A stretch of DNA of 64,000 nt, taken from positions 2,240,001 through 2,304,000 of the forward strand of contig CAXXTU010000002.1 in assembly GCA_963662655.2 (NCBI GenBank), read 5' to 3'. A program made the position numbers and the translations under genes. The stretch is from Candidatus Cloacimonadales bacterium. GTDB taxonomy: Bacteria > Cloacimonadota > Cloacimonadia > Cloacimonadales > JAIOQZ01. This document shows positions 29,020-39,765 of this stretch, piece after piece; position 1 is the stretch's first letter; every line of letters starts with the position of its first letter. The notes beneath the pieces are model-generated. The model was not told the origin of the DNA. It saw only the letters and a program-made list of their open reading frames with translations, and ran no database searches.

Positions 29020-32000
29020 TTAATCTTTTTTCGCGGTTACACGATAGAACATTCTGCTCAAAGGCAGTGGAGCCGACCACGAAGTCTCCGTTGTCTCTCC
29101 ATTCGTGCAGAGCATAAAGGTTCCATCCAGTGTCTCCGATTGATATACACAATACGAAGTCGCACCATTCACGGCATTCCACGAGACGTAGACGTTGCCT
29201 TCGCCCACATTCAGCGTAAGATTGGTTGGCTTCGAAAGTTGTAAAGCATTCTCGCGCACCAGGATGAATTGCATTCCGTTGATCGCGTTAATCGGATTCT
29301 CGTAAGCTGCGGTTCCATTGACAGGATCGACACTTACTGCGCCAAGAGAAAGCTCATAGCTACTGAAATCTCCATCCGCTCGCTTCAACAATCGGATATT
29401 GGATGGATCGTATTCATCCAAATTATCGAAGCTACCCTGAATTCTGACCGTCATCGTCACATTATCCAGCGCATCTCCGTAATAATGAAGAATGCGGTTC
29501 GGATGAGCAAATTCAGCATCGAATTCGGTTCTCACAGCGCTGAAAACCTCATTTGTTGTGATGTAGAATCTCCCATTCACCGCCGACGGGAAATCGAATG
29601 TCACACCGACTTCCGGGCAGTCGAGAATCCCCGCTACACCCGGCGTCTGATACGAGTAGGTTATCTGGTCGCCCAAAATCAGTGGAGATTCCATCCACGT
29701 TGCCCCGACAACCGTTCCATTCATTCGATAGGTTAGATCATAGACCGTACCGCCTGAACCATGGTTCATCCGCCAGTAGTGCTTGAGATTCGCTGTCGTC
29801 GGATCCGGTTGATTGTGCATTCCCATGCGGATTTCATCCGCTGTCCGCACTCCGTTCCACAAACGCACCTCGTCGATGTAACCGGTGAACGGCAATTGAT
29901 TGTAACTCCGGGAGGCCAGATAGAACGGTGTATCACTATGCGAAGTATAGGTAGTCATGGGATAGGGACCGTTATTGACCAGTGGTATCTCCTTCCCGTT
30001 CAAATACATCGATGCAAATCCAGCTTCGGGATTATACGAACATGCAAGATGGTTCCATACGCCGTCCTCGAATACATTCGCCGGTGTATCGAGGTATACG
30101 TGGTATGCCGGAATGAATCGTATGGCGTTTCCTGCAAGGTGGATCTCGTAGTTCTCGGTATGCTTCGCGCAAAGGAACTGAGCCGATGGTGAATACTCCG
30201 GTCTCATGAACCACATTTCGATCGTGTACGCACTCGTGACCATCCCGGATTCGATCGGGAACTCGACATGCTGATTCGCACCCGAGAAGCTCAATGCATA
30301 CTCGCCGTTCTCCATGTAAAGTCCGGTGCCCGACCATTCGATCGTCTGCGTTGACTGCACGGGATCGTTGGACACGATCTGGAAGGATCCGCTCTGGTAT
30401 TCTTCGGTTGTCGGGTAGTATTTGAACTGCAGGTCGAATCCTGTACCTGCTGCTTGGGTCGCAGAAAGCGTATTGTTATCTTCACCGTTGTAACCGGTAA
30501 CGGTAACAGGTCCCTCAACGGTGACCGTCCAGGACAAATCTGCCGTTCCGTTGTTATCGATATGGAGCCATCCTTCTGAAGCCGTACCGATCAATGTCGT
30601 CCCGAAATCCAGCGTATTCGTATTAACGCTCATAACAGGATAAACCGGCTCTACCTGACGGGTAATGATGAACTGCTGCGCGTTGGGAAGAGCGCTCGCC
30701 AGCGGGAAGGTCGCGCTGTCTGCCGCTGGGTCGACACTGCTCGCACCCGAGAGATTGTCGAAGTTCGCCACGCCACGTGCGTCGCGTCCGTTGAGGTGGA
30801 TGTTGTCGTGAAGAACCTCGTCGGCCGTTGTCATGTCGCCGAATGAACTGAAGGTGATGTCACCAGCCATATTCGTGCTGCCAAAAGTCTGTATAATGCG
30901 GGTGTTGTCGTTGAACACAGTATAGCAACCGGTGGGCGGATTCATCGGCGCACCGTACAGATATGTAACAACGATATCCTGCTGGTCGCAAGCCGAGAAA
31001 TCGAAACGTACGCTGCAATCGAAGCAGTCGAGCGTTCCGCTTCCGGCCGGCGCAACGTAGCTCACGCTGAATCCATCGCCGATAGGGAATCCGGTATCGA
31101 TGCGATCTCCGGCTTCAAAATTCTGGACCTTTGCATGACGCTTGTTTATATCTTCGATCAACCCACCGCCTTCCGTTTCGTTGCAACGCCAGTATGCAAG
31201 CATACCCGGACGGGGCAACGAGAGTGTGAAATGGCGATTCCGGCGAATTTCATCGGCTGTAAGGACGTTCGTCCAGAAGCGGATTTCGTCCATCGCGCCG
31301 TTAAACTGGTACATACCGTCGCATCTTATACCGAAGCGAGTGGTGCTGAGTGGTGTGGGAACCGGCGTGGAGATGGGATTGCCACCGCTTAAAGTGTAAG
31401 GCGTATCTACACCGTTAATGTACACCTTCGCATAGGTGTTTGTCGGGTCGTAAACGAACGCCAGATGCGTCCAGGTGTCGAATGTCACCGAGTTGTTAGG
31501 CGTATCAAGGTAGACGCCCGGAGCCGGGATGAACCGCAAATTGTTATAATTCGTATTCAGGTGAATCTCCAAGGTCTCCATTCCGGAACTGGTCAGGAAT
31601 TGGATTTGCGGACCGCCGCTATACACGTTGAACCACATTTCCATGCTGATCGCAGAACCAGCCGGCAGATCGACGGGGCGGAAGGTTTTGGCATAGTCGT
31701 TATCGTCGTTGAACTGGATCGACTTCGATCCCGTTACCGGCATCCGGGCCGACGCCGATATAATGACATTCTTCGTAAGATTATCCGGATCGTTGGATGT
31801 AAAGTTGAGCGTCGCACTCGTATATGTGCAATCCTCCACAGGCTGGAACACCATATCGAAGTAGTTGGTCGCCCCGTTCTCGCTTAAAATGGAATTGTAT
31901 GTCGAGTAAAGCACGCCATCCGCCCTTATATAGAACGGCTCGGTAACGGATATCGTATATTCCAGCGCCTGAGTACCGCTATTGAATACGGTGAAAGCCT

Positions 32001-32604
32001 GTGAAATCTCGTCCCCAACCAGGCACGAACCGAGCGAGATCGGATTTGCGCTCACGTTCAATTCCGGAGAAGGCATCGATAATTCGAAATTATCCACCGC
32101 CAACTCGATGTATGTGCCATTCGTGTTCGATAAGTATCCCAAAAAGCCAAAGTAAATCTCCGAATGACCTTCAGGATCGAAAGAATACTGAACATGAGCC
32201 CACTCATTGAATGTCTCACAACCATATTCCGTGATTGGGTACCATGACATTTCATCGTATGAATACTGAAGCTGAAACATTGCTATATCAGGCGTTTGGA
32301 GGTTACAACCCTGGAATAGATCGAAATCAATCGACAAAGGATTGCCATTGAGACCGGAGAGGTTAATCGACGAAGTTGTGGCCAAGGAATAATCAATACT
32401 GCTGGGTGCGCTATTGTAGATGTGAAGCTTGTAATCACTGTTACACCCGGGAGAATCCACCGTCCAATAAGAATCAGTAAAAGAAATCGTATCCCATCCA
32501 CCCGGATACCAGCCGGTTTCAAAATTCTGCTGATAGAGAATCGTATCTGCCGACAGCGCTACGCTGCCAACGAGTAAAGCAAGAATTAGTACAAGATGTT
32601 TCAT
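29020..32604 (-). CDS. Large secreted protein with two LamG-like and two Ig-like (ASH-type) domains
   Basis: Signal peptide; two '(S/T).EMWF...W.HLA..Y...Y.NG...F.G..DE.R.W' LamG units; two 'N.GT..L...SNDP' Ig-like units; Fn3-like C-terminus. Confidence 0.85.
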   Translation of the reverse strand: MKHLVLILALLVGSVALSADTILYQQNFETGWYPGGWDTISFTDSYWTVDSPGCNSDYKLHIYNSAPSSIDYSLATTSSINLSGLNGNPLSIDFDLFQGCNLQTPDIAMFQLQYSYDEMSWYPITEYGCETFNEWAHVQYSFDPEGHSEIYFGFLGYLSNTNGTYIELAVDNFELSMPSPELNVSANPISLGSCLVGDEISQAFTVFNSGTQALEYTISVTEPFYIRADGVLYSTYNSILSENGATNYFDMVFQPVEDCTYTSATLNFTSNDPDNLTKNVIISASARMPVTGSKSIQFNDDNDYAKTFRPVDLPAGSAISMEMWFNVYSGGPQIQFLTSSGMETLEIHLNTNYNNLRFIPAPGVYLDTPNNSVTFDTWTHLAFVYDPTNTYAKVYINGVDTPYTLSGGNPISTPVPTPLSTTRFGIRCDGMYQFNGAMDEIRFWTNVLTADEIRRNRHFTLSLPRPGMLAYWRCNETEGGGLIEDINKRHAKVQNFEAGDRIDTGFPIGDGFSVSYVAPAGSGTLDCFDCSVRFDFSACDQQDIVVTYLYGAPMNPPTGCYTVFNDNTRIIQTFGSTNMAGDITFSSFGDMTTADEVLHDNIHLNGRDARGVANFDNLSGASSVDPAADSATFPLASALPNAQQFIITRQVEPVYPVMSVNTNTLDFGTTLIGTASEGWLHIDNNGTADLSWTVTVEGPVTVTGYNGEDNNTLSATQAAGTGFDLQFKYYPTTEEYQSGSFQIVSNDPVQSTQTIEWSGTGLYMENGEYALSFSGANQHVEFPIESGMVTSAYTIEMWFMRPEYSPSAQFLCAKHTENYEIHLAGNAIRFIPAYHVYLDTPANVFEDGVWNHLACSYNPEAGFASMYLNGKEIPLVNNGPYPMTTYTSHSDTPFYLASRSYNQLPFTGYIDEVRLWNGVRTADEIRMGMHNQPDPTTANLKHYWRMNHGSGGTVYDLTYRMNGTVVGATWMESPLILGDQITYSYQTPGVAGILDCPEVGVTFDFPSAVNGRFYITTNEVFSAVRTEFDAEFAHPNRILHYYGDALDNVTMTVRIQGSFDNLDEYDPSNIRLLKRADGDFSSYELSLGAVSVDPVNGTAAYENPINAINGMQFILVRENALQLSKPTNLTLNVGEGNVYVSWNAVNGATSYCVYQSETLDGTFMLCTNGETTETSWSAPLPLSRMFYRVTAKKD

Positions 32605-33011
32605 AGAACCTCCATTTCGTTTTCAATATTTTGTTTGTTTGTGTTTGGCTTGGTTGACAGATTTATCTCGCGATATCGTCGCTCTTCGTAATACTCGAGA
32701 AGCGTTATCAATGATTCTATATCCGGCACACAGGCCACAGGAGCATGCTGCGAGTTGTTATTCAGTCCGCCGTTGATTTTTCCGCAAACAATGTGAAGCG
32801 ATGACGGTGAATCGTTTATAATCTCCTGAAAAAGCGGATAATCCCCGTCAAAACGGATAATCATTACGATGAAGCGGAAAGAGTATTTCTGCACCAGTTG
32901 CAGCGCTTCCTGAACCGAAACAGCGAGGAAGATCGATCCCATCACGTTCTTCTGCAATCGCTCCAGGAGTTCTGAAGGAATATCGTTCGAGCCAATTAAT
33001 AATGTGTTCAT
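32601..33011 (-). CDS. Small protein, degenerate receiver-like
   Basis: ORF coupled to the LamG gene (4-nt overlap); 'AVSVQEALQLV' receiver-like segment; start 33011 preferred because the upstream ATG lies in a sigma54-like promoter. Confidence 0.5.
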   Translation of the reverse strand: MNTLLIGSNDIPSELLERLQKNVMGSIFLAVSVQEALQLVQKYSFRFIVMIIRFDGDYPLFQEIINDSPSSLHIVCGKINGGLNNNSQHAPVACVPDIESLITLLEYYEERRYREINLSTKPNTNKQNIENEMEVL

Positions 33012-33039
33012 AACCAATCCGTTTTTTTCAATTGGTAAT

Positions 33040-33055
33040 AACACATCCTGTGCCA
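33040..33055 (-). promoter_or_regulatory. Putative sigma54 promoter
   Basis: TGGCACAGGATGTGTT: GG-N10-GT, deviating from GC at -12; palindromes at 33139-33156 and 33229-33253 lie upstream. Confidence 0.5.
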
Positions 33056-33289
33056 TCCGCGTAATGTTCTGTTATTGTTAGGGTTACAAATCAGGTGAGC
33101 TTTAATGTGGATTTGCGGGGGTATTTTCAGGATTCTTACATGTCGTAATCGACATGCGGAAAATGCAGTTCGCCTTGCATCTTGCTTTATTTCAACATGT
33201 TAGGATGTTTCAGCAAAATTTCTCTATTTCGTCATATCTGACGATATCGTCAGGTTTCGCGCATAAAATGCTATATTTTACAACTCGGT

Positions 33290-35548
33290 TCACCCTGCCT
33301 GGTGTCGCGTTGGTATCCCCAGTTTGACGAGCCTACGCTCTACTGCCTTCGCCGTAATTCCCAGGAGCCTCGCAGCCGCAGCCTGGTTTCCGTGTGTGAT
33401 TTCCAGAGCTTTTCGTATCGCCTGCTCTTCCAACTCTGCAAGGTTCATCGTCGTACTGCCTTGAACCGGCTTTGCCAGTGCGCTTCCATGCAGGCTGACA
33501 TGCCCTTTCTGCAGCGTGGAGCTGTCGCAGAGGATAACCGCCTTCTCGGCCAGGTTCTTGAGCTCCCTGATGTTTCCCGGAAACGGGTACTTCATCAGCA
33601 TTTCGATCACGTCCGGATCGACCCGGCGAATCGTCTTGTTCATGGCCCGGGAGAAGAAGCCGATATAGTGCTCGAACAAGATCGGGATATCGGTTACCCG
33701 CTCCCGAAGCGGCGGTATGTGTATGACAAAAGCTGCCAGGCGGTGATAGAGGTCCTCGCGGAATTTGCCGTCGTGTACGAGCTCCGTCAGATTCTGATTG
33801 GTCGCAGAGATGATGCGGACATTGACGGATATCTGGTTTCTCGCTCCGACGCGGATGACGTTCCTCTCCTCCAGGACCCGCAGTAATTTGATCTGTTGCT
33901 CGACAGGCATCGTCCCGATTTCATCGAGGAAGAGCGTTCCGCCGTTTGCAACCTCGAACCAGCCCGGCTTGGCTGTCAGCGCTCCGGTGAAAGCCCCCTT
34001 TTCATGTCCGAAGAGCTCGCTCTCGAACAGCGTTGCGGAGATCGCGGAGGAATTGACGCCGTGGAAGAAATTCTTCGATCGCTTGCTGGCATCGTGGATG
34101 GCCTTGGCGATCAGTTCTTTTCCCGTGCCGCTCTCGCCGATGATCAACACAGTTGTGTTATCCGTCAGAGCGACTTTCCCCACCATATCAAGCACCGCTT
34201 TGATCTCGTCGCTTTCACCGATGATCTTGCTCCCTGCGACTTCATGCAACCGATCCTGGATGAAGTTCAACGAACGCTCGCTTCTTCTGAGCTGGCTCAG
34301 CGTGTTCTCGATGCAGGTCTTTTGCTCTGCGATCTGCCGGTTTTTCTCCATCAGCTCTACATTCTTCAGCCGATAGATCTCCGCTTCCCGCTTTTGGGTT
34401 TCGAGGTCGTACTTTGTCTGGATTTCGTCGAGCTTTGCCAGTCGCTCCTCGTTGTATATGATGTCTTTGATCTCATGCAGTTTGATCAGATATCGATATG
34501 CGTTCTCGTAATCACCGATGCCGGAGTAGCTGTTTACATAAACGCCGAGTAAGCCAAGCTTCAAGTCTTTACGTTCGAGAGATGAGACATCGATTTGATT
34601 GCACATCTCCAGCGCTTCCGTGTATCGCTCTTCCAGATTCAACAGCCTCGCCAGCGAAATCATCGATGACACGACCGATTCATCGTCATCAATCTCTTTT
34701 CGAAGCTTCAGCGTCCTCTCGAAAAAATACCTGGCTGTTGTGTAATCCTTCAGTTCCTCGTGCACCAGCCCAAGAGCATGCAATGTGTTATGGATGAGAT
34801 GCTGCTTCCCATGCTTCTCCTTGTACTTCAAGGATTCAGTGAAATAGGGAATCGATTCTTCCAACCGCCCCGAATCCTTCAGCAAAATCCCCATCATGTT
34901 CAGCGCTTTGGAGAGTTGGATTTCCTGCCCGGCCTTACGATATATCTGTACCGATTTGTCGACAACCTCAATCGCGTGATCGATGTTGTCCATGCGACTG
35001 TATATTTCTCCGATGTTCAGGTAACAACTCGCAATCCCCAATTGCTCGTTGTTCTTCTCGCGGAGTTTCAGCGCTTTGATGCAATACTTGAGGGCGTCGT
35101 CGAACTCGCAGATTCTTGCGTAGCAATTGCCGATGTTGTTGTATAAAACACCCAATGGATGGTCTCCAAGCGATTCTTCCCTGCCTTCTATCGCGTGTTT
35201 GAACCAGTGAATCGCCTGCTCGTATTTGTTGAGCATCCTGTAAGTATTTCCAAGAACGTTGCAAACGTAGAGCAGCTCAGGCAGCAGATTCTCCCGTTCG
35301 AGCAGGCCGATGGACCCCTCGAAGCAAGCAATCGCCTCCTTATGACGATCCTCTTCATGCAATACCGCTCCCAATACGATATCGACGTACTCTCTTGGGC
35401 ACGCATTCTTCGCATGATGCTCTTCGAGCTTCGCCAACACCGCACGCGCTTCGTCGATCTTTTCGTGGGACGCAAGAGACGTTCCTTCAGCGATCAAATC
35501 CTGCGGGGATAGTTCATCTATTTTTTTCATCAGATCATGATCGGGCAT
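33290..35548 (-). CDS. TPR-repeat sigma54-dependent transcriptional activator
   Basis: N-terminal TPRs; [39 protein letters not shown]-terminal HTH. Confidence 0.92.
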   Translation of the reverse strand: MPDHDLMKKIDELSPQDLIAEGTSLASHEKIDEARAVLAKLEEHHAKNACPREYVDIVLGAVLHEEDRHKEAIACFEGSIGLLERENLLPELLYVCNVLGNTYRMLNKYEQAIHWFKHAIEGREESLGDHPLGVLYNNIGNCYARICEFDDALKYCIKALKLREKNNEQLGIASCYLNIGEIYSRMDNIDHAIEVVDKSVQIYRKAGQEIQLSKALNMMGILLKDSGRLEESIPYFTESLKYKEKHGKQHLIHNTLHALGLVHEELKDYTTARYFFERTLKLRKEIDDDESVVSSMISLARLLNLEERYTEALEMCNQIDVSSLERKDLKLGLLGVYVNSYSGIGDYENAYRYLIKLHEIKDIIYNEERLAKLDEIQTKYDLETQKREAEIYRLKNVELMEKNRQIAEQKTCIENTLSQLRRSERSLNFIQDRLHEVAGSKIIGESDEIKAVLDMVGKVALTDNTTVLIIGESGTGKELIAKAIHDASKRSKNFFHGVNSSAISATLFESELFGHEKGAFTGALTAKPGWFEVANGGTLFLDEIGTMPVEQQIKLLRVLEERNVIRVGARNQISVNVRIISATNQNLTELVHDGKFREDLYHRLAAFVIHIPPLRERVTDIPILFEHYIGFFSRAMNKTIRRVDPDVIEMLMKYPFPGNIRELKNLAEKAVILCDSSTLQKGHVSLHGSALAKPVQGSTTMNLAELEEQAIRKALEITHGNQAAAARLLGITAKAVERRLVKLGIPTRHQAG

Positions 35549-35641
35549 TGTGGCCTCCAAATTCTGAACAAGAAATTCGAGTGGTTCAACGTCAAGATTT
35601 TTTAAATGCCATTCAGGTAAAAAATAGCTCGTTCGTGGAAA

Positions 35642-35768
35642 GTTCGTGAGCAGGTTCGTTCGATCTGTCTCGAAGGCGTGGTGTTACACGTCTATTCTTC
35701 TCGCTCGATAGACACTTGACGTGTTATATCCACGCTGGAGGGACAGATCGGGCGAAGATGCCACGAAC
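35642..35768 (+). repeat. Hairpin element copy 5
   Basis: GTTCGTG-A-GCAGGTTCGTTCGATC...GCGTGG-TGTTA-CACGTC...GACGTG-TTATAT-CCACGC...GATCGGGCGAAGATGC-CACGAAC; abuts the stop codon at 35770. Confidence 0.92.
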
Positions 35769-35769
35769 G

Positions 35770-38700
35770 CTATCGAAGCTCCTCCATCATCTCCCTGCAC
35801 TCGCAGCATTTCTCGTCATCGCTCGCTTCGAGAATCGGCAAGGCCTTGTTCAGGAATTCCCGGGCCTCCTCGTATCGCCGCATCAATTTCAATGTCTTGC
35901 CGATGTTGTACAAGACGATTCCCGTCCTGTGATTTTCCGGAGAAAGCTTCTGCTCGTTTATCTTCAGCGCTTGATGGTAATACTCCAGAGCGTCCTCATA
36001 TTGGCCGGACTTCATGTATGAAGTACCGATGTTGTGAAGGGTAACGGCTACCTGCGGATGATCATCCCCGAAGCAATTCTTCTGAATCGCAAGAGCTTTG
36101 CTATAATACTCGAGCGCTTGCTCGAACGCCCCCAACTCCATGTAGGTTAATCCGATCATGTGACAGGTGACACCGGTGTGCGGGTGGATTTTCCCCAGGC
36201 TTTTTTCCCGGATGTCCAACGCCTTGGCGTAGAACTCGAGCGCTGTGTCCAGCTTTCCCATATTCCGGTAAACCGAACCGATACTGTAGTAGCTGTTTGC
36301 CGTGTCCCGATGCTCGCAACCCAACTTGTCCTCTTGAATCTTCAGACCCCTGTTCAGCATTTCCAGGGCTTTGTCGTAAAGCCCCATGTTCATGTAAACG
36401 GAACCGACATTCCCGTAGCTGATGGCAGTGTAAGGATGCTCCGGACCCCGCTTGGCAATATTGATATCCAGCGCTTTGTTGTAATACTCCAGGGCCTGCT
36501 GAAATTCGCCGCGATATTTATGAAACCATGCGATGTTATTGTAAGCGCTGCCAGTCTGTGGGTGGTTTGGACCCAACCTCGATTCAAATATCTTCAGCGC
36601 CGAGAGGTTGTAATCGAGGGCGCGTTCGTAATCACCCAGATTCTTGTACACCGATGCAAGATGATGATAGATGCTGGCCATTTTGGGGTGGTTATCGCTA
36701 TAAAGCTTCATACGCCGATCCAGCGTTATCAGGAAGTACTTCAACGCCAGGTCGAACTTTGCCTGATCGAAATATGCAAGACCAATATTGTAATAGATAA
36801 CATCCGTATTAATCAACGCCCGAGACTCGTTTTGCTCGTAAATCTCCAAAGCGCGGAAAAAGATTTTCAGCGCTTGTTCGTTGTCCCCTCTGGCCTTGTG
36901 AACCATCGCAATATTGATGTATGGCGCAGCCGAATCCGCTACCGCGAGGTCGTCGTTCTTCTCAAAGATTTCCTGCGCTCTTTTGAAATGGCCCAAAGCC
37001 ATATCCCAATTCCCTTTACGCAAATGAACCGACCCGAGATTGTCCTGTATGCTCGCCTCTCGTTTCGGGTCCGCGATGGCCTCATTCCTTAGCAGATCCA
37101 ATGCAATATTCAAGGTATCGAGCGCATTACCGTAATCCCCCATGAGGTAATAGACGGAGGCAAGCTCGTTGTTCATATCCGTGAGGAGAAACGACTCTGT
37201 TATCTCCTGGCTTTGGATTATCGAAAGGATGCGAAGATATACCTTCGCCGAATCCTCAAGCTCGTACTTCTCTTTGTGATTCTCCGCAGCTATGTGATAG
37301 TAGTGTATCGCCTTGTGATAGTAATTCCCAAATTCGTAATGCAGCCCTATTTCCTCGGAACGTTCGACGATTTGTCCACGAAACACCTCTTCCATTGCCT
37401 TTGCCGCGGCAAGATGCAGCGATACCTGTTCCTCGCCGAACATGCGCTGGTAAACGGTTTCTCGGATCAGGATATGACTGAATTCATACAGAGATTGCGT
37501 ATATTCAATCCAGATCCGGTTGATCCTGCCAATTCGCAGATTGTCGTCGATATCTTCACCCAACATGAGACGCAACACATCCTTGTTGAACTCCATCCCC
37601 AGGACACTCGCATTCCGGATGCATCTGCGAACATCCTTGTCCATCCGGTCGATCCTGCTGCCGATAATATCACTGATACCGAACATGCTGATGTGCTCGA
37701 CCTTACCATTGAGGTTTCCCTGATAATCCAGGCTTCCGCTCTCCTGAAGAAACGCAGTGAACTGCTCCGTGAATAACGGATTTCCCATTGCCCTGTCTTT
37801 GATAAACCGGATCGTCGCAGCAGGAACATGGTTGATCCGGAGAACAGATTCTATCAAATCGCCACAGGATTCATCCGAGATATTCAAAAGCTCCATTTCT
37901 AGCGAGTTCGATTCGTCGATCTCAATATCCAGCTTCTCGTCCTGGAGCATGTATCGATACGATACTACCAGCATGATCCTGGCTTTCACATTGTCGAGAA
38001 GGTATTTGATATACTCCAGCGTTCGGCTGTCCATCCACTGGCTGTCATCGAGATTGATAATCACGGGCTTGTTCATCGATATGGTTTTCAAGAACCACGA
38101 AAAAGCGCTCTTCAAAACCTCGTTACGCTCGGACGGAGCCGTGTGCTCCCAAATCGACTCGCCCCAATGAAATCCAAGAAGAGAGCCGATAACCGATTCG
38201 TTTCGATCTCGTTCCACTGGATCGCCCGGAAGCGCTGCCCACAAGCCCGAGAACATCGCCTTCGCAGCTTCTTGCGGCATCTCGGAATTGATGTAGAAAT
38301 AATCCTTCAGAAGCTTCCTGAGGGGTTCCAGCGGTTTTTGTATCAGTGAATCGCAGTGTACGAAGAATTTGAAAAACCGGTCGGGAGAACACTCCCTGAA
38401 CGCCTCCTCGATGAGCCGGCTTTTTCCAATTCCCGCTTCGCCCACAAGGTGCAACAGCTGCGTGGTCTCTTCCCGAATACACTTTTCCACCATTTCCTGA
38501 ATCTGAGCGATTTCCTTTTCACGCCCGACAAACCTGCTCTTGAACCGCCACCCGACCTTCTCCGTCTGCCGATTCAGTTTGTAGTACTTGACCGGCACAG
38601 AGAATCCCTTTAGCGTGAGCGAGCCCAGGAAATCGAAATCATACAGGGTGTGCATCTCCTGCCAGATGTAGTTATCGCAGAGTATTTCCTCCGGTCGTGC

Positions 38701-39759
38701 CCGTGCAATCAATCTGGCGGCAAGGTTCATCGCGTAGCCCATCGCGGTGTATTCCCGTGCGGAAGCGCACCCGACATAACCCGCAAAGACATTTCCGCAA
38801 CTGATACTCACAGAAACGCCGCGCAACCGTGTGAGAACTTCGAGCGCGAACTCGCACAAACGCTCCAGCGCCTTGCCTTCCATAAACGGAATACCGAACA
38901 GGATGATCGCTATCATCCCCTTATCCGTGGCATCCAGCTTGTTGATAAACCCGCCATAGAGATCGGCCAGCTCATGAAGAATTTCTATCGATAATTCCCG
39001 CTTCTCCGGCTCGATCGCCGTGAAATCCACAAAGCTGAAAGCCGCGTCGCGAATCTCGTTTCCCGGATTCTCCCCCCGGAATTTCGGGTGGATGAAAACC
39101 TCGGGAGTCTCTCTTCCGATCGACTTAACATTCGATTTGAGAGTCGTAGGAGAAACCGCGGGAACATAGCCGTTATCTGTCGGAGAAAAACGCTCCAGTC
39201 CCAGACGTTTCGCAGCCGATTCCGAGAACAGGAAATCCTGTTTGTTCAAGGCGAGCGCCATCAATTCCCGAATCGCACCTCCCATGAACAGGTATTCGTA
39301 TTGCCAGGGATTTCTATAGATTCGCCAGTCGATATCTCCGTAAGTTACCGTAAGGCGCACTCGAATCTCGAACTCGTCGAACTCCGTCCGAAACAACCCG
39401 TTCAGCTCGTACCATCTCCAGATATCCAGCACAACGGGAAGAATGTCGCTTTGATCCGGGAAAAACGCAGTAAAGGCATCGCCGGCAAACTGCCCGACAA
39501 ATCCGCCATGCTGGTCGATCGTTTCGATCGGGTACGACAGGCTGCGCTCCAGCAGGCGACTCAATTCTTCCGCCCCCTTTTTCCCATGATTGCGAAAGAT
39601 GGACGATATCGATGTGAAATCAACGATATCGAGGAATAACGCATACCCGGAGAAACACCCCTCGAATTGCCGGTTATTATTCCGGTCAACAATGAATGAC
39701 GGCACATATCGTATCATGATTGCTTCATTACTCCACTCAGAATATACGGATACATTCAC
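35770..39759 (-). CDS. Class III nucleotide cyclase domains + AAA/STAND ATPase + TPR repeats
   Basis: FLDIVDFT/FAGDAF, second domain DKG...NLAARL; FVGREKE, GEAGIGKSRL, DDSQWMD, GNPLF; many 42-aa TPRs; start 39759 or 39717. Confidence 0.88.
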   Translation of the reverse strand: MNVSVYSEWSNEAIMIRYVPSFIVDRNNNRQFEGCFSGYALFLDIVDFTSISSIFRNHGKKGAEELSRLLERSLSYPIETIDQHGGFVGQFAGDAFTAFFPDQSDILPVVLDIWRWYELNGLFRTEFDEFEIRVRLTVTYGDIDWRIYRNPWQYEYLFMGGAIRELMALALNKQDFLFSESAAKRLGLERFSPTDNGYVPAVSPTTLKSNVKSIGRETPEVFIHPKFRGENPGNEIRDAAFSFVDFTAIEPEKRELSIEILHELADLYGGFINKLDATDKGMIAIILFGIPFMEGKALERLCEFALEVLTRLRGVSVSISCGNVFAGYVGCASAREYTAMGYAMNLAARLIARARPEEILCDNYIWQEMHTLYDFDFLGSLTLKGFSVPVKYYKLNRQTEKVGWRFKSRFVGREKEIAQIQEMVEKCIREETTQLLHLVGEAGIGKSRLIEEAFRECSPDRFFKFFVHCDSLIQKPLEPLRKLLKDYFYINSEMPQEAAKAMFSGLWAALPGDPVERDRNESVIGSLLGFHWGESIWEHTAPSERNEVLKSAFSWFLKTISMNKPVIINLDDSQWMDSRTLEYIKYLLDNVKARIMLVVSYRYMLQDEKLDIEIDESNSLEMELLNISDESCGDLIESVLRINHVPAATIRFIKDRAMGNPLFTEQFTAFLQESGSLDYQGNLNGKVEHISMFGISDIIGSRIDRMDKDVRRCIRNASVLGMEFNKDVLRLMLGEDIDDNLRIGRINRIWIEYTQSLYEFSHILIRETVYQRMFGEEQVSLHLAAAKAMEEVFRGQIVERSEEIGLHYEFGNYYHKAIHYYHIAAENHKEKYELEDSAKVYLRILSIIQSQEITESFLLTDMNNELASVYYLMGDYGNALDTLNIALDLLRNEAIADPKREASIQDNLGSVHLRKGNWDMALGHFKRAQEIFEKNDDLAVADSAAPYINIAMVHKARGDNEQALKIFFRALEIYEQNESRALINTDVIYYNIGLAYFDQAKFDLALKYFLITLDRRMKLYSDNHPKMASIYHHLASVYKNLGDYERALDYNLSALKIFESRLGPNHPQTGSAYNNIAWFHKYRGEFQQALEYYNKALDINIAKRGPEHPYTAISYGNVGSVYMNMGLYDKALEMLNRGLKIQEDKLGCEHRDTANSYYSIGSVYRNMGKLDTALEFYAKALDIREKSLGKIHPHTGVTCHMIGLTYMELGAFEQALEYYSKALAIQKNCFGDDHPQVAVTLHNIGTSYMKSGQYEDALEYYHQALKINEQKLSPENHRTGIVLYNIGKTLKLMRRYEEAREFLNKALPILEASDDEKCCECREMMEELR

Positions 39760-39765
39760 GGATTC

